Assembly: GCA_048881705.1 (NCBI GenBank)
Contig: JBHLSH010000050.1
Span: 1-29,505, forward strand
Source: Candidatus Heimdallarchaeota archaeon
GTDB lineage: Archaea; Asgardarchaeota; Heimdallarchaeia; Hodarchaeales; Hodarchaeaceae
Reading direction: 5' to 3'
DNA: 29,505 nucleotides
A model generated the notes under the pieces. The model saw only the letters and a program-made list of their open reading frames with translations, did not search any database and had not been told where the DNA came from. The translations under genes and the position numbers were made by a program. How positions within the stretch are numbered: the stretch's first letter is position 1; every line of letters starts with the position of its first letter. Shown piece after piece: positions 8,449 through 18,461 of the stretch.

Positions 8449-9290
8449 GGAATATCACAAGATCAAGCTGTTTAAGATTAAAACGCCTATTCTCTACTTT
8501 TTTCGACCTTTAAATATTTTCTGTTCTGTTTTGATCGATGGTTATCCGACATGTCAAAAGCCATGAAAAATCCTAGGAAAAAATATCCACAGATATTTCC
8601 TTTATGGAGTCTATGTTACAAACGTTATTGATTTATTAGAAAATTTTTCGCAAATCAATTTTACGTGAACATCAGGGATGGATTGCTTCATTTCTACGAA
8701 TTTGATGATCCTAGTATGAAGGAAAGTACGAAAGCTACCTACACATACCTGATATCAGAGATGTGATACTTGTTAACCCTAAGAATCATCGATGTACTCG
8801 ATATAGCCATGTCACTATAGAAAAGAGGTTTAGTTCTTACACTTTGGCATTTTGTATAGACTGGACCTTGTATATCCGATTTCTGAAGGATCTCTACAGA
8901 AGTCTCCCACCCCTATGATCTAGATATCTATTGAGGTTATGTAAACTCAAGGGGGAAGGTGATTAGAAAGCAAGATTTTAATTCTCAAGATAATGGAGAG
9001 TCCATCACATGCACGTACAACTTCAAACTAGTAATTCTAATGTGGATTCAGAGGGTAGCTCCAAAGAAACAGAGAAATCAGATGTTCAACTATTTCAAGT
9101 TCAAACCGATCCTCATGATCTAATCCAATGCTCAGTATTTGTGAAGAAATCCTTCACTTCGCTCGAGATTTGTTATTATTACGATTTTAAAGGTAAAACC
9201 TTTCCGATTTTTTCCCTCCTATAAACAGGGTTTGATATTAATATACAATAGAATCCTTAACCAATTTCCTCTGGAGAATTTTAAATCCTC

Positions 9291-10031
9291 ATGAGAAAGC
9301 ATAACCTACAAACACATTCAACACTTTCAGACGGCAGCCTTGAGCCGAGAAGATTAGTGCAGCTCGCACAACAAAAAAATCTAGAGATTCTAGGGATAAC
9401 GGATCACGCTTTTACGGATAAGTTGCCGCCAACCCACCAGATTACATCTTCATTAATACAATATCTCGAGGATCTAAGGGAGGTACAGGAATCATTAAGC
9501 GAAACGTCAAGTTTCCAATTGAAAATCGGGATAGAAATTGACGTATCGAAACATTACGGTATAAATCCCATGGAATTACCTTTTTCTGTCTTAAATGGCT
9601 TTGATTATATCCTGTTCGAATATGTGAACACAGAAACTGAATATTGGGGAACAATCGGGAAGCGTGATATACAAGATCTGTTAGATATTAGGACAAAACT
9701 AAAGGTTCCTATTGGACTAGCTCATAATGATCTCCAAAACAATTTTCAGGGTGAAGAAACCAGAATCGCAAAGATTTTATCTAATTACGACATTTTTTTA
9801 GAGTTGAATCAATCGGAATGGCATCCACGAAGAGGAGCAGGTCGAAATACAAGAGACGGACAAGACTATTACCTACATTTCTCACAAGAACTGATACAGG
9901 AGCTACTTACTCATAGGGTGAAAGTTGTAATTGGAACAGATTCTCATACTGGCGAAAGTATCGGGGAAATTAATCAAGTAACCCAATTTATTGAAGAATA
10001 CAAGTTTCAACTTCATGAGATGGTGTTGTAG
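9291..10031 (+). CDS. PHP-domain phosphoesterase family protein
   Basis: NLQTHSTLSDG (variant of DxHxH...SDG), GITDH, GIEID, LAH, IGTDSH. Confidence 0.85.
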   Translation: MRKHNLQTHSTLSDGSLEPRRLVQLAQQKNLEILGITDHAFTDKLPPTHQITSSLIQYLEDLREVQESLSETSSFQLKIGIEIDVSKHYGINPMELPFSVLNGFDYILFEYVNTETEYWGTIGKRDIQDLLDIRTKLKVPIGLAHNDLQNNFQGEETRIAKILSNYDIFLELNQSEWHPRRGAGRNTRDGQDYYLHFSQELIQELLTHRVKVVIGTDSHTGESIGEINQVTQFIEEYKFQLHEMVL

Positions 10032-10098
10032 CGAACTAGACGTTCATTAGGCAGTTGGATTGGTTCGAAATCCTGACAATTGCTCTCGTAATTCCCGC

Positions 10099-10845
10099 CT
10101 ACCCTTCTTCGGTTATCGGCCTAAGGGCGAATTTCGCCAACTCTACTGCTGCTAAAGTCGAATTAGAGTTTAGTATTAGCTCGCCCAATATTTTAACAGC
10201 TTCTTGATTCTTATTTTCCATATTCAAAATAAGAGCTTTGTTAATTAAAAGAATACCTTTTGTTTCAGGATCTGGATTATTATTTAAGCCATTTTCTATT
10301 GCTTTTTTCCGTTCCGACACATCTTTAAGCATAGATGATAATTCTTTCCAAGCTGGTGGATAATCTGGCAAATATTTTAATAAGGAGATAACTTTTTCCT
10401 TTTTCTGTTCTGGATCGTGTATCCATTCGAGTTGTAAATAAGCTAGGTATGTGCCTTGGGGTAATTCTCCCTTTTTTTCCTTTTTCAGAGTAAATAAAGC
10501 AACCTTGGAAGTAAAGAAACCTTTTGGAGCTAGATCGTCAACCTTTTCATAGGTCAATTATGCCTGGTTAAAGTCTTCATATAACAGGTAGGTAAACGCT
10601 AGGTCATATAATGGATATGGCCATTTGGGAGCCTCACGATGTGCTTCTTCCAGTAATTCTATTGCTTTACTATAGTTTCCGGATTGTCCATACACCCTAG
10701 CCTGTTGGTGTAACCCTTTTGCTCTTTGAGAAACGTTTTCTATTCCAATAATTTCATAATCTACTCTTCCTGTGATATTCCGCAAATCTTCTCTCTTTAT
10801 TGTATTCCCTTGATCATCTTTGAATATTATTTTAGTATTTTTCAT
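10099..10845 (-). pseudogene. TPR protein gene interrupted by one in-frame TAA at 10558-10560
   Basis: Track ORFs 10558-10845 and 10099-10557 share a frame and read ...AAC CAG GCA TAA TTG ACC TAT GAA AAG (NQA*LTYEKVD). The TPR pattern (GNYSKAIELLEEA...PKWPYPLYDLAFTYL...FNQA*LTYEKV...P) continues across the stop. Confidence 0.8.
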
Positions 10846-11121
10846 TCCTTCACCTCTAGATCCATAAGATAAATGCTAGAAAAACTATATTTCAGGATTA
10901 TCTTTCCAAATACCAACAAATTTCATTATCAGTTAGAATAGCCATTTGTAATTTTTTCGTAATATGACGTCAAAGATAGGTTTGGCGACATCCCCGTAAA
11001 TCAAAGATGTGTGTTCAACAAATCAACCAAATTTCTAAATGCTCTTTTCAATTGTATAATGGTTTTTTAATTCGTTAGATGTTGGTTAAGAATACAAAGT
11101 ATTTACCAAAGTTCAACCACC

Positions 11122-12114
11122 TTAATAATATATTAATACTGATGATTTACTCTCTAGTTCCAAAAGTGTTTCCATATCAATTGGATTCCATCGTAGGTCG
11201 AGCTTTTTAAGACTATTAGTATCTTGTAATGCTTTTGGTACAGACCTTAGTCTATTTGCACGAAGATCCAATACCTGCAGAGATAACATTGATCTCATAG
11301 GAAATTCCAAGTTCTCCAATCTATTATTTCTAAAACTACATTCTACTAGATTAGTTAGATCGCCAAATCTAGCAGGAACTGCCATTATTAGGTTATTTTT
11401 GAAATCTGCTTTAACTAAGGATTTTAAATCTCCAAATGTCTCTGGTAGGGAGCTTAGATTGTTGCTCATAACGTATATCTCTTGAAGGTTCTCAAGTTCT
11501 CCGATGTTATCTTGTAGTTTGACGAGTTTATTATCATGTAATCTGAATTCTATTAAGTTTTGGAGTTTACTAAAGTATTCTGGTAGCTCTTCAAATTGAT
11601 TTTCACTAATATTCAAGTAGATAAGATTATGTAAACCCTTTATTGATTCGTGTAAGTGTTTTAACTTATTATTATGTAAATATAAGAACTTTAGCGATTT
11701 TAATTGTCCTATAGAGTTTGGTATGTTCTCAAGTTGATTATTGGCAGCGTCTAGTACTTCCAGATTTTGTAAGCTTCCTATTGAAATTGGTAAAGTTATC
11801 AACTTGTTATCGTGAATAAAGAGTTGTTTAAGATTTCCTAAAGACCCTATACTTTCAGGAAGGGATCTTAAACCGCAAAATCTAAGTGAGAGCCCCACTA
11901 CTGTTCCATTAACAATTTTCACACATACTTTTGCATCATAGATGTGTTGGTTGTGCTCTAATGTCTTGATATTTTCTCCTTCATTTAACTTCCCAGTCTC
12001 ATACAACAACCTGGTGATTTCACTTAAAGCGTGCTCTTCATTCTGCGAGATCATAATGATCAATCCATCTGTTTTTCGTGAAATCTTATCTAAGTTAATT
12101 ACATTTTTAGTCAT
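11122..12114 (-). CDS. Leucine-rich repeat protein (about ten 23-aa LRRs)
   Basis: Repeats such as LRSLPESIGSLGNLKQLFIHDN, LITLPISIGSLQNLEVLDAANN and LENIPNSIGQLKSLKFLYLHNN. The true start may be a downstream ATG (MISQNEE). Confidence 0.93.
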   Translation of the reverse strand: MTKNVINLDKISRKTDGLIIMISQNEEHALSEITRLLYETGKLNEGENIKTLEHNQHIYDAKVCVKIVNGTVVGLSLRFCGLRSLPESIGSLGNLKQLFIHDNKLITLPISIGSLQNLEVLDAANNQLENIPNSIGQLKSLKFLYLHNNKLKHLHESIKGLHNLIYLNISENQFEELPEYFSKLQNLIEFRLHDNKLVKLQDNIGELENLQEIYVMSNNLSSLPETFGDLKSLVKADFKNNLIMAVPARFGDLTNLVECSFRNNRLENLEFPMRSMLSLQVLDLRANRLRSVPKALQDTNSLKKLDLRWNPIDMETLLELESKSSVLIYY

Positions 12115-12327
12115 TAATAAGCGATCATAGAAGGGAAATATCGGTAATATTCATGGCTTATAGCAATATTCTACGCAAGATGGTTTGATGATGAATAGAC
12201 ATGATAGTAATTCGTCTCGAAACCTAAAATAAGCAGCAGAATCAAGTGTAAAGAAACGTATTGATCTAGTTTGTATTCGTGTAACTGGAATATGAGTTGG
12301 ACAATCTATCAAATACTTGAAGGAATC

Positions 12328-12747
12328 TTAATAACTCCATAATCGTCGCCACATTACTCCATCGGTAAGTAGTAGCAGAATCAAGATAAGAATGGCAATG
12401 GCTGCATCAACTATTCCCATCAGAAGGTACAAATTATCAAGATTCTGAACTGCCAAAGTAACAAGAACAATGACCAGGTAAGCTAAACGCGTTGTCACTG
12501 ATCCAATTCCGATTATCATCAATTCCCGCGGATCTTGAGCTGCATAAATCAGGAAATATCCCACGACAATTAGAAATAAGCCCGTTATCTGTACGAATAT
12601 GGGTTCAGGTTTATTCACACTAAAAAAGGAAAATAATGCATCCCAGAACAATAATAGTATAATCCCAGATAGGAGGTTATAGCTACCACCTAAAAGAAAA
12701 GACACTCTCAAATACCAGTCATTTTTGATTTTTCTCAAAACAATCAC
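12328..12747 (-). CDS. Hypothetical membrane protein (about 4 TM)
   Basis: Four hydrophobic segments in 139 aa. Confidence 0.7.
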   Translation of the reverse strand: MIVLRKIKNDWYLRVSFLLGGSYNLLSGIILLLFWDALFSFFSVNKPEPIFVQITGLFLIVVGYFLIYAAQDPRELMIIGIGSVTTRLAYLVIVLVTLAVQNLDNLYLLMGIVDAAIAILILILLLLTDGVMWRRLWSY

Positions 12748-12932
12748 AGTTCTAGATTGTTTTTTGAATAAATTAATTTTTTAGCGTATAATACATTGCA
12801 AATACAATATTAAATTCCTTTTGCTCTCCTGTTCTTATGTCAACTCGAATTAAACTGACTGTCATTTTTGGGAATATAGATAGGAGGACATTATTAGCTC
12901 TTTTGGGAGGATATCAGAGACGTTGAGTACAT

Positions 12933-12944
12933 AAATTTTTAAAT
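12933..12944 (+). promoter_or_regulatory. BRE+TATA promoter of the SDR gene (leaderless geometry)
   Basis: AAAT TTTTAAAT; centre about 26 nt upstream of ATG 12967. Confidence 0.55.
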
Positions 12945-12966
12945 GAATTAACTACCTAGATAATTT

Positions 12967-13956
12967 ATGAAAATTCTTCTAACAGGAGCTTTTGGGAACT
13001 TAGGCACTTCCTGCATCAAGGAACTTGCCAAACAGGGACATGAAATACGTTGTTTTGATATTAAGTCAAAAATGACGGAAATAAGATTTGAAAAATATAG
13101 GAACACTCCAAAAATGGAAGTGGTTTGGGGGGATATTCTTGATAAAAATTCTATAAGAAATGCACTTGAAGGGATAGAAGGGATAATTCATACTGCCGCA
13201 ATTATACCACCTCCATCGGAACAGAATCCTGAATTAGCGAAAAAAGTAAATGTAACGGGGACTAAAAATCTCATTGAAGAAGCAGAAGCATTTTCAGATA
13301 TAAATCATTTTGTTTTTGCTAGTTCGGTTTCGGTTCACGGTCCTCAAAAACCGAGTAATCCTCTATTAAAGGTCACTGATCCCCTAAAACCAACCGATAA
13401 TTACACTCACCATAAAGTCGAGTGTGAAGAATACATCTATAACTGTAAATTGAATTGGACCATCATCCGATTTGGAGCAATCCTTGCAGTCGAGACTGCA
13501 GGTCAACCAAGAGGGGGTTTGGATGATGTTGCACTAGAATTTCTTTTTGGAATACCGTTAGAACAAAAAGTTGAGGCTATCCATTCATATGATGCGGCAC
13601 GTGCAATGGTTAATGCACTAGGCAACGATCGTGCGGTGAAAAGTATATTTTTTGGAGGTGGAGGAAAAGAATGTCAGTTATATCAAAAAGAGTTTATTTT
13701 TCCATTTTTAGAAGACATGGGTATAGGAGGAATGCCAGATGATGTGTTCAAACAAGCACAGTCGGATTCTGATTGGTATTATACTCACTGGATGGATACA
13801 ACAGAATCACAAGAGGTTTTGCAATATCAAAATATTACTTACGATCAATATCTAAGAGATAAAAAGAAACCCAATATATTAAATCGATTTTTAATGTTCT
13901 TTATTGGTCCTTTCATAAAAAGGAGCTTAATAAAGAAATCACCCTACAAAAGATAA
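12967..13956 (+). CDS. Extended SDR, NAD-dependent epimerase/dehydratase (3-beta-HSD-like)
   Basis: ILLTGAFGNLG, IIHTAAIIPP, VNVTGT, FASSVSVHG, YTHHK (YxxxK), WTIIRFG. Confidence 0.88.
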   Translation: MKILLTGAFGNLGTSCIKELAKQGHEIRCFDIKSKMTEIRFEKYRNTPKMEVVWGDILDKNSIRNALEGIEGIIHTAAIIPPPSEQNPELAKKVNVTGTKNLIEEAEAFSDINHFVFASSVSVHGPQKPSNPLLKVTDPLKPTDNYTHHKVECEEYIYNCKLNWTIIRFGAILAVETAGQPRGGLDDVALEFLFGIPLEQKVEAIHSYDAARAMVNALGNDRAVKSIFFGGGGKECQLYQKEFIFPFLEDMGIGGMPDDVFKQAQSDSDWYYTHWMDTTESQEVLQYQNITYDQYLRDKKKPNILNRFLMFFIGPFIKRSLIKKSPYKR

Positions 13957-14158
13957 AAAAAATTCTAGAGCTATCTCTCCTATTTCGTTAAAGGTTGCTT
14001 AATGTTGAGTATACAGGTATTGAATTCGATTTTATTCAAAATACGCTAAACAGACCTTTGACAACACAGATATGCCCGAAATGGTATCCTTGGGCTGGTT
14101 TGATAACATTTGACTTCCTAGTCCCATATATAATACTGCACTTAAAGGCTCAAAGTAG

Positions 14159-14800
14159 ATGAAATCAAGTTCATTCCTACTTTCCGGAACATTAGCTGGA
14201 ACAATCACCTCAGTTATCTTTATATTGTTACATTTTCTGTTTATCGCGGATATCTTCTTTATTTTGCCGGTTGCGATAATTTTGGGTGCCTTAACGGGTG
14301 GTTGTTTAGCCTGGGCATACTTAAGGATATTTAACAGTTTTGATCTGCAAAATTTAACGAAATTTTTGGCCCTCTTTTCAATTCCAATGATTCTAGTGGA
14401 TTTAGTAACCCTTTTTTCTGAAAAAACCTATTCATTTGAGGAATTGGTTGAATCGCAAACTCTTCCCCCCGATTTTCTTGCTCGAGTTATATTCCCCATC
14501 ATTCCAATCGTGTTATTGTCAGGAATTGCCATAGGTTGGTACTTCGGGAAAGATCGGAAGGCTGTCATTCCAGCAATTTCCGCCAATGTGATGGTATTAA
14601 TAGGGATTGGGCATAACGTTCCCTTTATTAATATGGTTTCAGTAGATAATCTTGTTCTCTTCCTTGAAATTAAGCTGTTCTTTTACTTAATCCTCATAAT
14701 AATGGTTATTGTCTACGGAATTACCCTGGTTATCCTTGAAAGAAGTTCTTTATCGTATAAATTTACCCTCTATTTCAAGAGTCAAGATTCTGAAAACTGA
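14159..14800 (+). CDS. Hypothetical multi-pass membrane protein
   Basis: About 6 hydrophobic segments in 213 aa. Confidence 0.7.
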   Translation: MKSSSFLLSGTLAGTITSVIFILLHFLFIADIFFILPVAIILGALTGGCLAWAYLRIFNSFDLQNLTKFLALFSIPMILVDLVTLFSEKTYSFEELVESQTLPPDFLARVIFPIIPIVLLSGIAIGWYFGKDRKAVIPAISANVMVLIGIGHNVPFINMVSVDNLVLFLEIKLFFYLILIIMVIVYGITLVILERSSLSYKFTLYFKSQDSEN

Positions 14801-14865
14801 CTGAAATTGGGATACCAGAGATTTTGGGTTATAGGAGGAATCTACATAAGTTCGGTTTACTTTAA

Positions 14866-15675
14866 ATGAACATGTTAGGATGGCCTATTATGAAATTTAA
14901 ATTTGATCAAGATATTTACGTGGAAATTACTGGAGAAAATCGATTTGAAACGGAAATCTCCAGTGACTGGAACATCGCCGCTCCGAATGGGGGTTATTTG
15001 ATGGCGATAGCCGGAAAAGCTATTTCAGCCGTCTCTGATTACAAGATCCCTCTCTCAATAACGGCGTATTTCCATAAACCAACATCGCCAGGTCATGCTG
15101 ATTTGATCATTGATCGTATCATACGAAGCAAAAGGACTATTACCATGAATATTTCGCTAATTCAGAAGCAGGCGGTAGTTATTTCTTATACAGGAATGTT
15201 CGCTCAGAAAGATTCGTTTAGCGGGCTAACTCTGATCCAAGGACGGCCGATGTTACCTGATCCATCGGTTTGTGTAGAGATGTCCAACGTTCCGCTCCCG
15301 TTCTTCAAACAGGTTAAACTTTTAGTTCCTAGCGAACAATTAGACTGGTTAAGGGGAGAAGAAGGCAAAGAACTGGGTTTTTCGGGCTACTTCAGTTTTC
15401 AGGATAATCGTCCACTGGATGCTCTGGCAGTGCTGTTGTTCGTGGATGCAACCCCTCCGCCCATCCTACGAAAAACTGGACCTTTAGCATGGGTCCCCAC
15501 ACTTGAGTTAACAGTTCAGATAAGAGACATACCCAAGGGTAAAACCCTGGGCTTTATCTCGAAATCTCGCTTCATAACGAACGGTCTCGCGGAAACAGAC
15601 ATCCAACTTTGGAGTGAGGAAGAAAAGATTATTGCTCTTGGACGCCAGCTTGCCTTTATAAAAGAAAGCGTTTAA
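14866..15675 (+). CDS. Double hot-dog thioesterase family protein (TesB-like acyl-CoA thioesterase)
   Basis: WNIAAPNGGYLMA, SITAYFHKP, LLFVDATPP, WVPTLELTVQIR, QLWSEE..IIALGRQ. Confidence 0.85.
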   Translation: MNMLGWPIMKFKFDQDIYVEITGENRFETEISSDWNIAAPNGGYLMAIAGKAISAVSDYKIPLSITAYFHKPTSPGHADLIIDRIIRSKRTITMNISLIQKQAVVISYTGMFAQKDSFSGLTLIQGRPMLPDPSVCVEMSNVPLPFFKQVKLLVPSEQLDWLRGEEGKELGFSGYFSFQDNRPLDALAVLLFVDATPPPILRKTGPLAWVPTLELTVQIRDIPKGKTLGFISKSRFITNGLAETDIQLWSEEEKIIALGRQLAFIKESV

Positions 15676-15819
15676 TCACATCATCCGTTCTATGTTTAAT
15701 CCTTTAGAGAGGATTAAAAAGCTCCTGAACGTCCTTTTTCAAATTTGCTAAGACTTCACAAAAGATTATGATCCCCAATGCGTCTCTATATTTATTTGAT
15801 TTTGGAATATTTACCAGTT

Positions 15820-16512
15820 CTAATAAATTTTCGGAATGAGGCGGTATTTAACCTGTTCCATATATTCCTTGTATCCTGCCAAGTGATTCATCAGCATATC
15901 TTCCTCAATTCGTATCCTGAAAAGTAATAAGATTGGAAATAACAAAGAAACCAGGAAAGCGATAAGCGATCCTAAAGCTAAAGGTATACAAACTATCATA
16001 ACTGCGGCAACCGCATACATCGGATGTCTAACATATTGATATGGGCCAGAAGTGATCAGTTCATGGTCCTTATGAATAACTAGACCTTTTGAGGCGTACC
16101 TGTTAACTTTGTTAACATAGGTGATTCCAATGAACCCCGTAATAAATCCGATAAATCCAAGAAGCTCGAGATACCATGGGAGAGGAGAGATCTTGGATGC
16201 ATGATCAATTCCAGGAAAAATTACAATAAAACCAAATACGACCAAACCAAGGATCATGAAGGTTCTATCAGGGAAAGAGTGAGTTTCTGGGTTATCTGTA
16301 AAATATTTTCCTCTTTTAAATAATATGTCTGGATCCTTAATTAAAGAATAGAGAAAATACAGGAATGCATAACCTAAAAAGACAAAGATAAATAACCAAC
16401 CTTCTAACCAAGCAAAATCATTGGCTGGAATGAGAACAAGCGCACTAAAAACCACAGAAACGATTGGAAGGTAAAAGATCATTAGGAGTAATATCTTAAC
16501 GCGATCGTCCAT
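15820..16512 (-). CDS. Isoprenylcysteine carboxyl methyltransferase (ICMT/PEMT) family membrane methyltransferase
   Basis: HELITSGPYQYVRHPMY, RIRIEEDML, GYKEYMEQVKYRLIP; multiple TM segments. Confidence 0.88.
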   Translation of the reverse strand: MDDRVKILLLMIFYLPIVSVVFSALVLIPANDFAWLEGWLFIFVFLGYAFLYFLYSLIKDPDILFKRGKYFTDNPETHSFPDRTFMILGLVVFGFIVIFPGIDHASKISPLPWYLELLGFIGFITGFIGITYVNKVNRYASKGLVIHKDHELITSGPYQYVRHPMYAVAAVMIVCIPLALGSLIAFLVSLLFPILLLFRIRIEEDMLMNHLAGYKEYMEQVKYRLIPKIY

Positions 16513-16533
16513 GTAAACACCTGGAAGTGCATT

Positions 16534-16548
16534 TTATTAATGGTTTCG
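16534..16548 (-). promoter_or_regulatory. BRE+TATA promoter of the ICMT-family gene
   Basis: Minus strand CGAAACC ATTAATAA; centre about 25 nt upstream of ATG 16512. Confidence 0.55.
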
Positions 16549-16942
16549 TCCCAAAAATATGCATCCCGTTATTTATACATTTCTCGTACGAAGTTCCGCG
16601 TGGTTAGTCGATCAAATTTTGTTTTCGATGGATTGATCGGACTTTGGACCGATTAGTTATACTACTAATCTACAGAATGAGAATAGTTCCTGCAAAAAAC
16701 CCCATGTCTTTACTGCAGACACTCAAAGACGGAGTTACTCCCAGGAAATATTCGGAAAAACTTGATTTCATTCTCAAAATGAGATGTTTCGGGTAATAAA
16801 GAGTAGATGTTGCTTTCCTCAAATTATAGCTCCGCTATATCCCTGCAGAAACCCGAAGAAAAAATGGAAGAATGCATCGATTCCCTAGCGTAATGGCCCC
16901 TTTCTTTCGAGAATCGCACGAAAATCAAGAACTAGTTAACTA

Positions 16943-18397
16943 TTGTTTTCCGAAAAAACGATTAAAATGTCGAAAATAAAGAGTATGACATTCACACAGA
17001 AAGAGATCTTCCTCGCTGAAGATGCGATTGAGAAATTGCGAGGATTGATCCAAGGGGACGTACTTCTACCTTCCCACGAAGATTATGATGAAGTACGTAA
17101 GATCTGGAATGCTATGATTGACAAGCGTCCTGCCATCATCGTCCGATGTACTAATCCAGGAGATGTAATTGACGCGGTAAAGTTTGCGCGTGAACATGAT
17201 CTCTTAGTGTCCGTTCGAGGCGGCGGACACAATGTAGCTGGAACTTCTTTATGTAATGATGGGATGCTGATAGATCTCTCGCTCATGAAAGGAGTTCGTG
17301 TTGATCCTAAAGCCAAAACGGTACGTGCTCAAGCTGGTGCCACTCTAGGAGACCTTGATCGCGAAACCCAGGTATTCGGTCTTGTGGTTCCAGCTGGCAT
17401 CGTGACAACAACTGGCATTGCTGGCCTAACCCTTGGTGGAGGCTTTGGCTGGCTTTCACGCAAATATAAACTTACCTGTGACAACCTTATATCCGTTGAT
17501 ATGGTTACAGCTGATGGCGAATTCCTCACAGCAAGTGAAACTGAACACGAAGATCTTTTCTGGGGGATTCGTGGTGGTGGTGGTAACTTCGGTATTGTCA
17601 CTCAATTCGAATACAAGCTCGTACCAGTGGGCCCAATAGTTCTTGGCGGAATGCTGCTTCACCCTATGTCTGAAGCAAAGGAATTTCTAAGCTTCTATCG
17701 TGATTTCATTGCTGATGCACCCGACGAACTTACTGTTGCACCATTACTTCGGATAGCCCCTCCTGCACCCTTTTTGCCTAAGGAGGTTCATGGCAAACCA
17801 GTAGTAGGTATTATCGCTCTATTTTCAGGTTCAGTTGAAGAGGGTGAAAAACTCCTTGCGCCTTTAAGAAAATGGGGAAAACCCCTGGTTGATGCAATTA
17901 GCCCAAAACCTTTCAGAACCCTTCAATCTTTACTGGATGTTTCAGCTCCAAAAGGATGGTATTACTACATCAAATCGGAATTCCTACCTCCATTAAGCGA
18001 TGAAATGATTGACACATTGATAACTCATGCATCGAAAATCTCGTCGGGCAAAACAACTGTTTTAGGATTTCATCTTGGTGGCGCAGTAAGTCGCATTGAT
18101 GAAGATGCAACAGCATATAGTCACCGTAATGCCGCTTATTCGCTTATCATCAACTGTGCGTGGACAGATCCATCTGAATCGGAAAAGCATATTAAATGGA
18201 CACGTGGACTCTGGGAAGATCTCCAACAATTCTCCGTTGGTGGTGCCTATATCAACTTTCAAAGTAATGACGAAGGTGACGACAGGGTCCAAACCACATA
18301 TGGTTCAACGAAACTAGATCGTCTCTCCGCATTGAAGAAAAAGTATGATCCCTCGAACTTCTTCCGTTTGAACCGGAATATTAAACCAACATCTTAA
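16943..18397 (+). CDS. FAD-binding oxidoreductase, berberine-bridge-enzyme-like
   Basis: KRPAIIVRC, SVRGGGHNVAG (His for covalent FAD), GLTLGGGFG, DLFWGIRGGGGNFGIVT, C-terminal YINF...YG...RL..LKKKYDPSNFF. Start could be an internal ATG. Confidence 0.92.
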   Translation: MFSEKTIKMSKIKSMTFTQKEIFLAEDAIEKLRGLIQGDVLLPSHEDYDEVRKIWNAMIDKRPAIIVRCTNPGDVIDAVKFAREHDLLVSVRGGGHNVAGTSLCNDGMLIDLSLMKGVRVDPKAKTVRAQAGATLGDLDRETQVFGLVVPAGIVTTTGIAGLTLGGGFGWLSRKYKLTCDNLISVDMVTADGEFLTASETEHEDLFWGIRGGGGNFGIVTQFEYKLVPVGPIVLGGMLLHPMSEAKEFLSFYRDFIADAPDELTVAPLLRIAPPAPFLPKEVHGKPVVGIIALFSGSVEEGEKLLAPLRKWGKPLVDAISPKPFRTLQSLLDVSAPKGWYYYIKSEFLPPLSDEMIDTLITHASKISSGKTTVLGFHLGGAVSRIDEDATAYSHRNAAYSLIINCAWTDPSESEKHIKWTRGLWEDLQQFSVGGAYINFQSNDEGDDRVQTTYGSTKLDRLSALKKKYDPSNFFRLNRNIKPTS

Positions 18398-18461
18398 GAC
18401 GTGAAAGGCGACTAAAAATAGTAGTGAATTAATTGAAAAAAAGAGGAATAGTGAACACTAG

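Noticed and set aside
9009-9224. 71-aa ORF
   Set aside because: No recognisable motif or clear translation signal; not supportable as a gene.
10051-10083. GGTTCGAAATCC resembling a tRNA T-arm
   Set aside because: No acceptor stem, D-arm or anticodon arm can be built. It folds as a simple GGATT/AATCC hairpin between convergent genes, at most a terminator.
15820-16512. ICMT as evidence of eukaryote-like CaaX prenylation
   Set aside because: ICMT/PEMT-family proteins are widespread in prokaryotes, and no prenyltransferase or CaaX substrate is evident in the window.
17083-18317. Several antisense and alternate-frame ORFs inside the FAD oxidoreductase
   Set aside because: Shadow ORFs expected from the higher GC and codon bias of the real gene. 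The same applies to short ORFs inside abfD, suhB, ssb, trmB, plsY, degV, the DAK2 gene and the DENN-like gene.
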